DNA from: Hyphochytrium catenoides
Taxonomy: Eukaryota; Protista; Hyphochytriomycota
Reading direction: 5' to 3'
NCBI GenBank assembly: GCA_900088475.1
Contig: FLMG01001065.1
Coordinates: 1-64,000 of the forward strand
DNA: 64,000 nucleotides
This document shows, piece by piece, positions 12,871 through 25,601 of the stretch. The notes beneath the pieces are model-generated. The model was not told the DNA's origin. It saw nothing but the letters and a program-made list of their open reading frames with translations, and made no database searches. The translations under genes were made by a program, and so were the position numbers. The first letter of the stretch is position 1, and every line of letters begins with the position of its first letter.

Positions 12871-14099
12871 ATGTGGTTCTTGTCTCTTCTTCCTCCTTCT
12901 TCTTCGTCTTTTGCTTCTTCTTAGCGATCTTCTAGTCGTGCCTGTAATAAGAGATCCTGCCAACGCGGATAGAGAGAAGCAGACCGTCGCCTTCATTGGG
13001 CATAGCAGCCGTTGGCCGGATCTCCTTCGCCTCCTCTCCTGTGAGATTCTCCCTCGACTGATTCGCGGTTCTATATCTATGCTTCTAGTGATGGTGACGT
13101 CCTTGTTCTGCTCTTATTGCAGACGAGGCGGCGGGTCCACCGACGTTTAGTCTCTTTCTCTCTAATGCTGATGAGCCTACGACCGGTAACTCTTCTTAGC
13201 ACTGGCAGCAGCATCTTCCAAAATCTCTCGGGCCGTTCAGCGGTGCTGCTGCACATGAGGTCCCAGTCTATCATCTCCATCATCAGTGGTACGATGCTGC
13301 CAATGCTTGGCAGACTCAAGAATAAAATGTTTGAAGAAGGTAAAAGCATGAAGAAGAGGGAGGAGAAAACTTAGAGAGTGGCGAGGGTACCAATGGATAG
13401 AGAAGAGAAGGAGCTAAAAAGGGAGACATAAATAAGAGAGTGGAATGAGAAGCTAAAGAAGGAAGGAAAAAGTTTATTAACTAAAAAACAATGAGAGCCG
13501 AAAAGAGAGAGAAGAGAGAAAGAGAATAGAGACAACAAGAGAGAGAGAAAGACGAAGAGAGAGAGAGACACACGAAGAAAGGTAAATAACGAATAACTAT
13601 GGGAAGAGAAGGGAGAAGAAGGATAGAGAGAGAAGAGAGAGAGGGGAATAAAAGAGGTAGAAAGAAGAGAGAGAGAGACTAAGTGGAGAGATAAGGCGTA
13701 TATATGGGAAGGGAAGGACTCCAGGGTAGTGGTATCACTTTTTGGTTTCTTTTATCTCTTCTTTTCTTTCTGTCAGAACCGCTACTGCAGCTCTCCAACA
13801 ATGTAATCAGCTACTTCATTCGTTGCATGGAAAGCACATAACGTCACTGGAGCCTCTTTCGGGAATTTCACGAAGAGAGAGAGAGAGAGAGAGAGAAAAA
13901 AAGAGAGATAGAGAGGGAAAAGGAGAGCCTCCTGAAAATGGAAAGGGAAAGGACAGAGTATCTTGTTATCATCCCTCCTCGGGAAAAAGAGAGTCGTATC
14001 CTCCTGTGTCATCTCGACCATCTCCTCCACTAGTAAGAACCGTCTCCTTCTCTTTGTTTCTCCCTCTTGTTTTTCTCTCTCAACTTCTTCTCTCTTCTT

Positions 14100-14445
14100 T
14101 TATTCTCCCTCTTGGTAGTCAGATTCTCCCCCTCTCTCTCTCGCCTTATGAGGGGAATATCGAGAACGCTGCATTCCTTCACCAATCAGCCCGTTTTCTC
14201 CAAGTCTTTCTCTTTCTACGTCTCTCTCGCCGTTTTCTTCTCCAATATCTCTCCTCCTATGCCCTCCTCTCCCTTCCCTTGTAGGAGAAGGGGAGGATCG
14301 GCAAGAGAGAGAGTGATTGACTGAGGAGGAAGAATGAGAGAGAGAGCGGCGGTGTCGTCTCTCTCTTGCCTCCTCTCCTCGTAGTGTCCCCGCCCCTATT
14401 GCGTCTTGTTCCTGATGTTGTGAGCTCTCAGATGCTCTCGCGCGC

Positions 14446-14490
<45 letters not shown>

Positions 14491-17152
14491 GTCAGATAAA
14501 GGAAGAGAAAAAGGAGTGCAATGGAGAGAGAGACCGATAGACAAAGGGACAGACAACTGAGATAGACGAAGGGAGAGAGAGCGAGAGAGAGGAGAAGAGA
14601 CTTGGGAATATTAGGACTATAAAGACAAGCGAGGCACAAAGCCTTGCAGGGTGACACACATCCATATGAAAAAGGTAGGAACGAGGAGAGAGAGAGAGGG
14701 AGCGACAGGGAGAGAAGGAGAGAGAGAGAGAAGGGGAGAGACAAGGGGAGAGAAAAGAGGAAAGAGAGAGAGACAGAAAGAGGGTCACACCTGTCTAGAA
14801 GAAGCTCTTCTAAGTGCAGACGAACAATCCGAAGGGACAGAGGGCACAGCAGGAGTATTTCCGGACAGCGCAATGGCAGCTGATCCTTCTTTCCCTTCCA
14901 TGTCTCTCTCTCTTCCAACTCTTTCTCCTCCTTTGTCCTTTTGCGAAGGAGAAGAAGGAGGAGGAGAGAGTGCTGAAGAAGCTGGCAAATCGGAAGGTCT
15001 GTCTCCTGCTTTCCCCTGCTGTTTACGATGGCGAAGAGAAAGAGACTGTCTCGAGTAAGAGAGAGACACAGGTTTGGGAGAGGGAAGAGCGTTGTTTCCT
15101 AGGTCAATCCTTGAGGTTTCTGCCAGCGCCTCGGAGAGAAGCTTTTGGATCCACTGAAGCTTGATGTTGGCGTTGTAGACTACAGGTAAAGGAGGAGAGG
15201 AACAGAGAGAGAAAGAGAGAGAGAGAATAGTGAGAGAAATGCGGAAAAAGAAAAAACAAGAAGAGACAGACAGAGAGCTTGCAAGAGATCATGAGTAAAG
15301 GAGGAGTCAGTAAGCCCAGAAAGAAAGAAAGGATGGAAGGTTAAGAGAAAGGAGAGAGAGAGAGAGAGAGTTGCTAGCTCTTGATGAAGAAAGGGAAGGA
15401 GAGAAAGAGAGGCGACGCAGGAGGAGGTCAAAGCAGAAAAGCAGAAAAGAGAGAACAAGGAGAGGATCTAAAGAGAAGTCAAAAGACCCAGAAAAGGATA
15501 GAGAAGCTTGAGAGAGAGACGTCATCTTTTTTCTCTCCCGACAGAAAAACCAACTTACCAGCCAACGGATCCGTGTCACCAGGAGGAGGAGGCATCACTG
15601 AAGAAGAAGAAGGTTTAACGCCATAGGCGCTCTCGATGTCCAAGGACAAGGTTTCTGGCTCATTGAGAGGCAGACCTTGGACTTCTGTGTGTTCCTCGAG
15701 CTCCAGGCGGAAGACGGTCATGAGGATGCCAAAGATAGATTTGCAGGTGAGGTCCAGGAAGGCGTGGATGATGTAGAAGGCTTGTTGGCTGATGTGCCCG
15801 GTGCCCAGCCAGGAGAAGATAAACAGGATAGGGAACATCGGCCAGAAGCCGAAGAAGATCTTCCCCAAAAAAGCGGGAGGAGGGAGGGAGAGAGACACAG
15901 ACGGGCAAGGAGGAGAGAGAGANNNNNNNNNNNNNNNNNNNNNNNNNNNNNNNNNNNNNNNNNNNNNNNNNNNNNNNNNNNNNNNNNNNGAGAGAAAGTT
16001 GCAAGAACCCCAGAGTAACACAATCGTTAGTCCCAGAGGAAAGGGGAAAACGAAGCAAAAGACGTTCGAGGGGAAGATGATCGGAAAACAAAGAGGCGAG
16101 ACAGAGTGGAGAGAATGTAACAGAAATGACGCTATCGACGAGAGACATAAAGGAGGAGAACCTTGTAAGAAAAAGAAACGATGCAGAGAAGAGTAAAATC
16201 GAAAGGTGTAATATGTATATAATGACAAAAGCAGAAAAAAGAGGAGAGACCGAGCGGAGAAGAAAGCCAACCGGACGACGCGAGAAGAGAAAGAAACTAA
16301 GAAAGGAGATGATATTAGAGCATTGGAGATGCAGTGAGAAGAAATAGAGAGAAAGGCGACAAAGAGAAAGAAGGAAACATTGTTGGCACAGTGGAAGAGG
16401 AAAAACGGACACCGAAGTAAGAGAGAGAGACAGCGGAAGACGACAAGACAGAGTGAAACACAGGCATGCTCTAGAATGGAAAGGGAGAGAGAACGCGACA
16501 AAGTAGCTGGTAAGAAGAAGAAGAAGAAGAAAAGCAATGTTATCCTTGGCGTTCTTCTTCCACGACCACCTACCACGCACGCCCAGAACAGCCATCTCTG
16601 GCACTTGGGCGGGTACACGAGGTATCTCTCTTTCACGTGTCTCATCAGAGAGAGAGCAAACGGAGTAAACCAGCAGCAGCCCAGCGCATAGTAGGCAAAC
16701 CGATAAGCCGACGGCGTGACAAACGCCGCGACGCCGCACCAAAGCGTCAAAAAGACTGCAAAAAAGTATCGGATCTTGTGCGGCAGATCCAGCGTGAAGG
16801 CAAAGTCTAAGATAAGCAAGGGACAGGTGAAGACATAGTCTAAGTACCAGTACCAGTTGAGAGAGAAAGGCGTGCCGCCGCCGTCGAAGAAGTCAAAGCT
16901 CTTCGCGGCGTACATCGTTCCGCATAAGAGACAAATGATCCCGGATAGAGAGTTCACTTCCGGCGCGCGGCCGGACTTGTAGGGCTTACACGAGTATCCC
17001 ATCCCGAGGTCGAGACGGTAGAGCATCCAGATTCCAGATCCCGCGACGAAGACGCAACAGACGGCGCAGATGCTGCCCAGCAGCGGATAATCCATGTCAT
17101 TGATGCTGCCCTTGGGCCATCCCTCAGGTGGGCGAGAGTCATAAAACGGCAT
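14100..17152 (-). CDS. KCR1: Potassium-selective (kalium) channelrhodopsin 1, BCCR-type microbial rhodopsin with a long C-terminal tail (~537 aa)
   Basis: Exons 17152-16574, 15859-15559, 15179-14791 and 14444-14100 (GT-AG, same phases as KCR2). The 7TM domain MPFYDSRPPEGWPKGSIND...NWYWYLDYVFTCPLLILD...AFYIIHAFLDLTCKSIFG...EPETLS carries L69, I73, W102, D105, T109, C110, D116, T136, G140, W210, F221, Y222, H225, D229 and K233. It matches HcKCR1 as I recall it. Confidence 0.95.
15923..15989. other. Assembly gap (N run) inside KCR1 intron 1
   Basis: N run. Other gaps are at 425-461, 18868-18902, 38839-38851, 39268-39320 and 41400-41510, mostly beside CT/AG microsatellites. Confidence 0.99.
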
Positions 17153-17197
<45 letters not shown>

Positions 17198-17985
17198 TTC
17201 TTCCCCTTTTTTTCTCCCCTTCTTTCCTTCGATTCTCGCGTCCTTGGTTTGCTCGCTCTTGTCTTCCTTCCTTCTAAGCCCCTCTCTCCGCTATAGATAG
17301 CAAGTCAGAAGAAGAGCTAAGAGAAGAAGACTGACGGTGAAGAGAAAGAGTTTATAGAGAGAAAGAGCAAGCTTCCACTTGCAAGGCTTGTTTCCTCTTC
17401 TCTATCCCTTTCAACGTTGTTCAATGAACTCCAACTTCTTTCTCTTTTTCTCTATTTTCGCCCTTGCCAGACGGAGAAACAAAGAAAGAAAGAGACCGTC
17501 AAACGTATCGAAGAAGAAAGAGAAAGCCTGGTTAACTTGTCTCTTCTCTTCTTTCTTGGCCGGGAAATTGAGATCTGTCACGTTATAGAAGTAGGAACTA
17601 GTGCTCGGTAGACCGGAAAACGGGAGAGCATATGAAGAGATCATAGGGATAAGAAAGAAGTACCGGAGGGAGGAGAGACGCGAGAAACTGAAGAGAGAAA
17701 GAAACGGAAGAGGAAGAGCAAGAGAGAGAGGGAGAGAGAAACAGGAGAGAGAGAGAGAACAAGAGGGTTAGCGTAGAACAAGGCAAAAGAGAAAGGAGAC
17801 GATGAGTCAAGAGAAAAAAAGCGTAAAGCACGTAAGGTTGCCGCAGGGGTATCCTCTCTCTCTCGGATTAGGATTCGCGATAAAGCGCCTAGTTGTCCAG
17901 ACCTCCTTGGGGATGCTGGCTCAGGATGCTAGAGGGGGATGGGGTGCGTAAGAGAGACAGAAGAAGCGGGAGAAGAGAGACAGAA

Positions 17986-18045
<60 letters not shown>

Positions 18046-18139
18046 GGGGAAGATTTGAAGGGAAGTGTGCTCCCAAGAACTGTAACGGTCGAGTGCCTAA
18101 ATAAACAGAGCAACCATCCGCCGCACTTCAGCTGACAAA

Positions 18140-18179
<40 letters not shown>

Positions 18180-21100
18180 TAAACAGTGGCAGAGAAGACG
18201 CTAACAGAAGCCGAGTTCATGAGAAAAAGGGAGATTGATATTATGATGAACATTAACTGATAAGGCCGCAGAAAGAGAGAGAGAGAGACAGAGAGAGAGA
18301 GACAGCGAGAGGGAGAATGGGAGAGAGAGAGAGAAAAAGAGAGAGTGTCGCGACTTAGAGATGTTAGCGTGGTAACAGAAATAGCAGAAAGGAGAGAGGA
18401 ACAGGAGGATGGGGAAGGGCGGGAGAGAGAGAGCAGAAGGCGTGAGGTTAGAGCGAAGATTGTCACCAAAGAATTGTTCGGAGAGAAAGGGAAAGAGAGA
18501 GGACTTGGGCGTTCAGAACAAAAATGAGAGAATATTGCTGGGCAGTTGCTCTTTGTCCGTTGCCAGGCAGCTCCTGGCTGGTGGTGCGACTGTCAACGAA
18601 GGACTATCAAACGCCCGAGCTCTCTCTCTTCCCCGTGCTCTCTCTCTCTTTCTCTCCCTCTTCCGTCTTCTCCCTTGGCTCTTCTTCTTGGGCTTGTCCT
18701 TTGAGGATGAAATGGGGTGGACGAGACAAGACTGAAATATAGAGGTCAGAGACGGAGAGATTGGAGGTAGAGAGAGAGTTATCTGCGCGAGAGAGAAGGA
18801 TGGGAGGGGTAGGAATGGGGGAGGAGGAGAGAGAGAGAGGGGAGTGAGAGAGGGGGAAGAGAGAAAGNNNNNNNNNNNNNNNNNNNNNNNNNNNNNNNNN
18901 NNGAGAGAGAGAGAGAAAGCACCAGAAGAAACGAACTCAACAAGGGGACACCATCTCGGCCGTTACATCAGTCATGCTCAATACTATTATAGATAAATAA
19001 TACATCTGTTCTGAATACTCTTCCAAAAACCGCAGTAGATCGTGAATTTAGCGGTGGGTTGGTGTGTAAATTTACGACGTTTGCTTCCCTTTCTTTGCTG
19101 GGCCAGCTGCCAACATGCGCCAGCAGGAGGGAGAGGCTAGGAGCCAATACAATGAGAAAGAGAGAAACAGAGGAAGAGAGAGAGAGAGAGAGACAGAGAC
19201 AGAGAGAGAGAGAGTAGAGAGGGAGATACAGAAAAGAGAGGGAGAGAGAAGAGGAGAGAGGAGACAGGACAACAGAAAGCAGGAGTCCCAAGGATAGAGG
19301 AAGAAAGAGAGAGACAGACCCAACGCGAGGAGAACCACAAGAGTAAAGGAGGAGAGGAAGTAAGAAGAAAGTCGAGCGCAAAAGGCAGGGACAAATAAAG
19401 AAAGACAGGCAGAGAAGAGAAGAAGAGAAACGGAGGACGGGAGAGACAGAGGGACAGCAAGACAACAGAAAGAGACAAACAGAGACAGAAGAGAGAAGAA
19501 AGAGAGAGAGACAGAGGAAGAAGAGGTGGTCATGTGCCGTCCTATAATTATCTTCAGTAGTCCTCCTAACCTACACAGCAAGGAGCACAGCAGGAGGAGA
19601 GAGGGAACAGACGAGAAGAAAGAACGAGCGGGAAGAATCTGCTAAACAAGAAGAACATTGATGATGAAGATTGAGAGAGGAATCAACTAACAAAAACGGA
19701 ACGAATGAAGGACGGACGCTGATAATGAAGAGACGGCAGCAAAGACCGGGACTACTATTATGCAAGCGTAAGAGACAGAGCGGAGAGAGAAAGAGACAGA
19801 GCGGATAGAGAAAGAGACAGAGCGGCGAAAGAAAGGAGAAGATAGAAGCTTGGCCTAATAAATCATCATCCTCACTATCAGAAGAGAAACGAAAAGAAGG
19901 AGAAGGAAGGAAAAGAAAAAGACGACACGAAGCAAGAAGATAGCCAGTAAGAAGGCGCTATTTTGGTTGCGTTTGCTCTTCTCTTTATTCTTCTTTTCTC
20001 TTCTTCTTCTTCTTATCATTATCTCTTCTCTAGGGGCAGCAGCAGAAGATTTTCAGGAAGAGACGCACCGCAAGAAGGAAAGAAGAGAGAAAGAGATGTT
20101 AGAGAGAAGCATCAAGACAGAGGTAACCGAAAAGGCAAAAAGTTGCTAGGTTCTATTATGGATATAAGAAAGCAGAGAAAGAGAGAGAAGAGAAAGAGAA
20201 CAAACGAGAAAGGAAAGGAAAGAAGAAGAGAGGAACAAAGCCCCACAGAGCATTTAGATGCGTCCTGGGTATTTCCTAATTGCTAGCACTGTCTCTGACC
20301 TCTCTTTTTTCTTTCTCTCTCCTCTCTTTTTTCTTTCTCTCCCTTGGACGGCGCTGCAGAAAATAGGTGTTCTCTCTCTCGCCTCCTAGATCTCTTCTTG
20401 TCTCTCTCTTCGTTCTCTCTCCTCTATTTTTCCTTTCATTTTGTCTCTCTTCCTTCTTTCTTCAGGTTCCTCCATTATGTCTCTTTATCGTTAGTAGTTC
20501 TTACCCCTCACTCTTTATCGGCTTCCCTACCGCTCTGGCTCCTCTCACCAACTTCTTTTTTCCTCTATATTTTTCTTCCTCTCATCTCTCTCTTCTTTCT
20601 CCTGCTTTAAAGCTGTCCGCCGCCTTCTTGCTCGACTTTGCTCCTCGCTCTCTTCTTCTCTGTTTTGTCTCTCTCTCTCTCCTAGGAAGCCTTATTAGAA
20701 GTGATGAGATCGCAGAGTTGGTTGGAAGCTCTTCTTCGTTGTGGTGCAAATAGCAGAATGAGATTAATGAAGATTATGAGCTCGAGCAGAGCTCAATGAA
20801 CTAATGATCCCTAAGTCCTATAAAGCCTAAGTATGCAAAGCTATGAGAATGACATGCAAGAGAGAAAGCAGAAGAGAGGAACACTCTTAGCAGCGGGAGA
20901 GAGTAGAAGAGTGTTTGGAAATGATTGCATGCTCACCAAGGGATCCATCGTCTCAGACAAGAGCATCAGCAATAAAATTGGTGGCCAGAAGGAAGGGAAG
21001 AAGAAGTAAAAGTCGGAAAGAGAAAAATGCTCAAGAAGCAAGAACAAATTTCTAGAGAAATCATAAGAAAGAAAGCAGGACAAGGAATCAAGAAGAAGAA

Positions 21101-21189
21101 CATTCCTTCTTGCTATAGAGACCTCAGAAGAAACAAGGGTTCTCAACAGCCCTTCTTCTTCAAGGAATACTCAGATCCTTGAAAGTCGT

Positions 21190-23800
21190 TGCAAGGAGAG
21201 ACTTGGTTAGTGAGTCAGTCTGCCAGCATATCCCTCGTAGGGACAGAGATTATATCAATATGTTTGACCTCTTCCGGGAGATAGGATTTTTTGACCAGCT
21301 TCATTGCACCTTGGTTGTCTTGATATAATCCTGCTATTTGCATGAGATGGAAGAGTTGGTTGGAAGCTCTTCTTCATTGTCGGGCAAATAGCAGGATTCT
21401 ATCAAGAGAACCAAGGTGCAATGAAGCTGGTCAAAAATCCTATCTTCCGGAAGAGGTCAAAACACATTGACATAAAGTCTCACTACATCCGGGGGGAGAT
21501 AGGATGTTTGACCAGCTCCACTGCACCTTGATTGTATAAAGTCCTTTACTAGTTGTCGAAGCCATACAAGTTCCTGCGCAGCCATAGCAGCTGCAATGTA
21601 CTCTGCTTCAGTAGAAGACAGAGCAATTGTTGCTTGCTTACGGCTAAGCCAAGCAATTGGGGAGCAATTTAAGAGGAAGACAGCGCCAGAAGTAGACTTC
21701 CTATCCGCATCGTTCGCCCAGTCAGAGTCCACATAGGCCGTCAGATCAGTCTCCTCAGTAGAACCTCTGAAGATAATACCATAGTCGCTTGTGCTCTTCA
21801 GATATCTCAGAACATGCTTTGCCGCGTACGAGAGTTCAGTAGAAGGTTTCGCTGGATAGCGACTAAGGACGCCAACTGCATAAGCCACGTCAGGTCGCGC
21901 ACCGGTCACCAAGTAGAGAAGACAACCCAGTAAACTCCTTTATGGTTCATTAGTGGCAATCTGGGCTAGAAGCCGTCGGTGAGAATCCCGGAGCTAATGG
22001 AGTGGTAGCAGGCTTGCACGGTTAGTTCCATCTTGCACCGCCTGTAGTAGAAGATCTAGGGTGAATCTCCTCGGCAACCCGTAAGTATCCTTTGCTTCCG
22101 ATCACGGAGGTTCTCTAGACCCAAGTAGAATCGAACATTTCCTAGGCAGCAGGTAATGTCAAAACCACTGGAAAGGTGAAACTCGAATTTCCTTTGCAAG
22201 CTTGAGGTTGGAGGCAGCCAGTAGAATGTCATCCACATAGATGACCATGTAGATTGCTTGTCCTTGGACAGCGCCGAGTGTAGAGGCATGGATCTGGCTG
22301 TGCCTGAATAAACTCGTGGCTGGGCTGACTAGAAATGAGTGCAGGACCTCATTCCATGCCCTGGACGCCTGCTTTATATCCGTAGAGGCTCCTTTTTAGT
22401 CTGCACACCAAATGTTCTTGACCAGGGTTGCAAAACCAGGCGGTTGACGCATGTAGATCTCTTCCACGATCTTGCCGTTGAGAAACGCCGTTTGAACGGC
22501 ATAGTGTAGCAACTCAAGGTCCTTTTTCGCAGCGAGCGAGAGCAGTAAACGTATGGTGGCGTGCTTTGCGACAAGACGGCGCTTGTCCTTGGCTATGGAA
22601 CCATCTTCGTTTCTCTTTACCTTGAAAACCCAGCCGTTCGACCAGGAGGAAGAGTGGTTAGCTCCCAGGTCTCCTTCTTACTGAGTGAGTCAAGTTCAGC
22701 TGGAGCAGCCGCCTTCCACAGATGTCCATCAGAACCATTGAGAGCTTCAGCTATGGAGGAAGGTTCTTCGCCTTATAGGAGCCTGGATAAGCTTCCCAAT
22801 AAGGTCGGGTTGGCTTTGTTTCACGGCTGGAGCGCCTGCGGTCTGGGGCCGGGCTGGATGGAGACAGAAGAAGAGGCAGCAGAAGTGTGGTCCTGAATCT
22901 GGTTGATCTTCACTGGCCCCTTCTGCATCAGTGCTCCCCTTCTGAAGAGAGACCAGAGAGGAACTGCTGGCGTCTGAAGAACCAGAATCGAGAACTTCAA
23001 CAGTGGCTGAGAAGCGAACCTGAGCCTGTTCCGCAGGAGGGCAAGTGGCGGGGGTTTGTAGTATCGCTGGAAGTTCTTCCAGCCCATGAGCTTGTTGGCG
23101 GAGGCGGTTGAGGTTGGTACACCCGAGATGGCCGCAGCGGATGTGCCATTTAAAGATATCCCTACGGACACCGCTAGAGAGCCGGTCCTCGTGCTCAGTG
23201 GTGGAAGCCGGGCAGATCTCTGCGCGATTAGCTGAGGGAGCGACAATCGGGATGGCCCGGTCGGTGCACATATAGGCCTTGGATCGCTTTTGCCAGTGAA
23301 GTAGAGAAGAAGGTCGTCATCGGTAGCTCGCATAGTGACCCTTTCTTCAGAGCTGAAGGCAACGTCTAGTCCCTTAGAAGAGGCTTGATTGAGAGACAGA
23401 GAAGAGATTCTTGGGGAAAATCCTCGATAAAATAGAGGACGTTGGTCAGAAGAAGGACCTCTCGGGATTGAAGCTGGTTATCAAACGAGACTGTGGAGCG
23501 AAGTAGGATGCTGCCGATGCCGGTAGCATATACAACGCCATTGTCTTGTCAGCGACTCTGATGGGTCTCGGGTCAATGGCTGCAAGGTCCCTGAACCAGG
23601 TGCGTTGTCTGGAGAGATGGGCAGAGGCACCAGAGTCAATATTATAGAAGATCATCTCCGAGTCGTTAGGGGACCCCGGGGCGACTTGGAATGCATGCGG
23701 TTGCTGTCCAGGCTTGGTCTTGTTTGCTTGATGTTGCTGCTGTTCATAGACGCTTCTGGTCCCTGCGCTGCTTCTTGCCACACTCATCAATAATCACGGT
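21190..23800 (-). mobile_element. Degenerate Ty1/copia LTR retrotransposon pol remnant
   Basis: In copia order on the minus strand: protease IDSGASAHL (~23620-23645); GAG-pre-integrase KWHIRCGHLG (~23125-23155); RT motifs QTAFLNG, IYMRQPPGF, KQASRAW and VIYVDDIL; then RPDVAYAVGVLSRY, RNase H YVDSDWA...RKSTSG...IALSSTEAEY, and KHIDI/DMLAD. There are multiple frameshifts, the integrase core appears deleted, and no LTR pair was identified. Confidence 0.9.
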
Positions 23801-24001
23801 TGGGCTTCTTACAGTATCTGCACCAGACCTTTGGAGGAGAGTCTCTTTTCTTCTTCCTTTCTTACTCTCTCTCTCCCGTATTGTTTGCTTGCAGTTTGTT
23901 CACTCAAGACATCCGTGGGGGCTTCTCTCTTCTCCATTGCCTCAATCTCTCACACTCTCTCTCTGTCTCTCTCTTTCTGTGCCCCTTTCTCTGTCTCGCT
24001 T

Positions 24002-24048
<47 letters not shown>

Positions 24049-24908
24049 TTCTCTCTGTCTCTCTCTCTGTCTCTCTCTCTCTCTCTCTGTCTCACTCTGT
24101 CTCTCTCTCTGTCTCTCTCTCTGTCTCACTCTGTCTCTATCTCTGTCTCTCTCTCTGTCTCTCTCTCTCTCTCTCTCTTCTTCCCTCTCTCCTTCTTCTG
24201 TAGTTGGTGGATCTTTTTAGCGGAAGATCACATTTTGGGCCATGGTCAGGATCCCTAAGATCATCTCCGCGCCACTGCTGCTCTCAAGAGACACACATCC
24301 CCGCAATCATCGTGCTAATTGCGAATAGCGCTTCATTAACTCCTTATCATCTCTGATTAACGGTCGTATATCCCAAATAAGTAGTGGTTGGGGAGGATAA
24401 GATCTGCGTACGTGTCGTAGTGAGCTGTACGCCTGCAGAAAGTTGTATCCGGGGTTAGTAGCAGCCGTTAAGATCCTTGATCTAACTGGATCTATGCAGT
24501 TTTTCCAAGATAGGCAATTCTCGGTTAGATATTTATTAGGAATAAATAATATTGAAGTGAATAAACTAGCCCTATGTTTATGTTCCTGATCTTTTGATGG
24601 CGGTCCGTATCTTTTTGAGTTTATTCCACTTCTTGCTTTGGGAGGAAGAGGAAAGAAGAGAGAGAGAGAGAGAAAGAGGAAAGAGAAGAGTCAGCCAGAC
24701 CGACAGAAAAACAGAGAGAGAGAGAGAAAGAGAAAGAGAGAGACAGCCAGACCAACAGACAAACAGAGAGAGAGAAAGAGAAAGAGAGAGACAGCTAGAC
24801 CGCCAGACAAACAGAGAGAGAGAGAGAGAGAGAGAGAGCAAAGAAAGAGTTTGAACCCCATAGAGATCGAAGCAGACGGAGAGAGTAGGCAAAAGAAAGC
24901 GAGAATGA

Positions 24909-24966
<58 letters not shown>

Positions 24967-25121
24967 TGTGGTGAAGAGGACGAGGAGAAAGAAGAGTGAT
25001 GATGCTTGGACGGAGCGCAGCGCAGTCAACGCCGCCAAGAGGACGACGAGGACAAGACGGAGAAGAAATGAATGTACAGCATCCTGGGCCTGGCACCTGA
25101 CTACAGAGCAGTGCGTGACAG

Positions 25122-25153
<32 letters not shown>

Positions 25154-25311
25154 TAACAGAACGGAAAGAGGCAGGCGGGGAGAGAGAAGAGAGAGAGTTA
25201 GTTTTGCGAGCACTAGGATAATAATAAGATACGAAGAGAGAGAGAGGGAGGAGGGGGAAGGGAAGAGAGAGACAGCAGAGAAAGAGAGGCGAGCATCAGG
25301 AAAATAAGTTA

Positions 25312-25368
<57 letters not shown>

Positions 25369-25551
25369 GAAAAGAAGCGTTGCGAGGTGTACACATCTCT
25401 TGGGAAGAGGGGAGAAGAGACCTGCCGCATGCGATGCCGAAATAGTGAAGGATTGAGCCGCATCGCGCCTCTCTCTTCTTGATGTCTCCTTTTCGACTCG
25501 ATCGCTCTCTACCTTCTGTCTTGATTAAAGATTGAGGTCTGACTGTCCCCT

Positions 25552-25601
<50 letters not shown>

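Noticed and set aside
13970-14030. GGYDSL segment downstream of KCR1 resembling the KCR2 C-terminus (EGYDSP)
   Set aside because: It is out of frame and beyond the TAA at 14100. It may be a relic of the ancestral tail but is too short to call.
15479-17152. 557-aa ORF read as a rhodopsin with a huge hydrophobic insertion
   Set aside because: It reads through intron 1 (GTAGGT at 16573 to AG at 15860, containing an N gap) and into intron 2. KCR2 has introns at the same positions.
5851-17152. Proton-pump, anion-channel or enzyme-rhodopsin interpretation
   Set aside because: Despite the DTD triad, Trp replaces the BR Arg82 equivalent and the W102/Y222 cluster is KCR-diagnostic. The acidic counterion is retained, and the tails show no cyclase, PDE or kinase domain.
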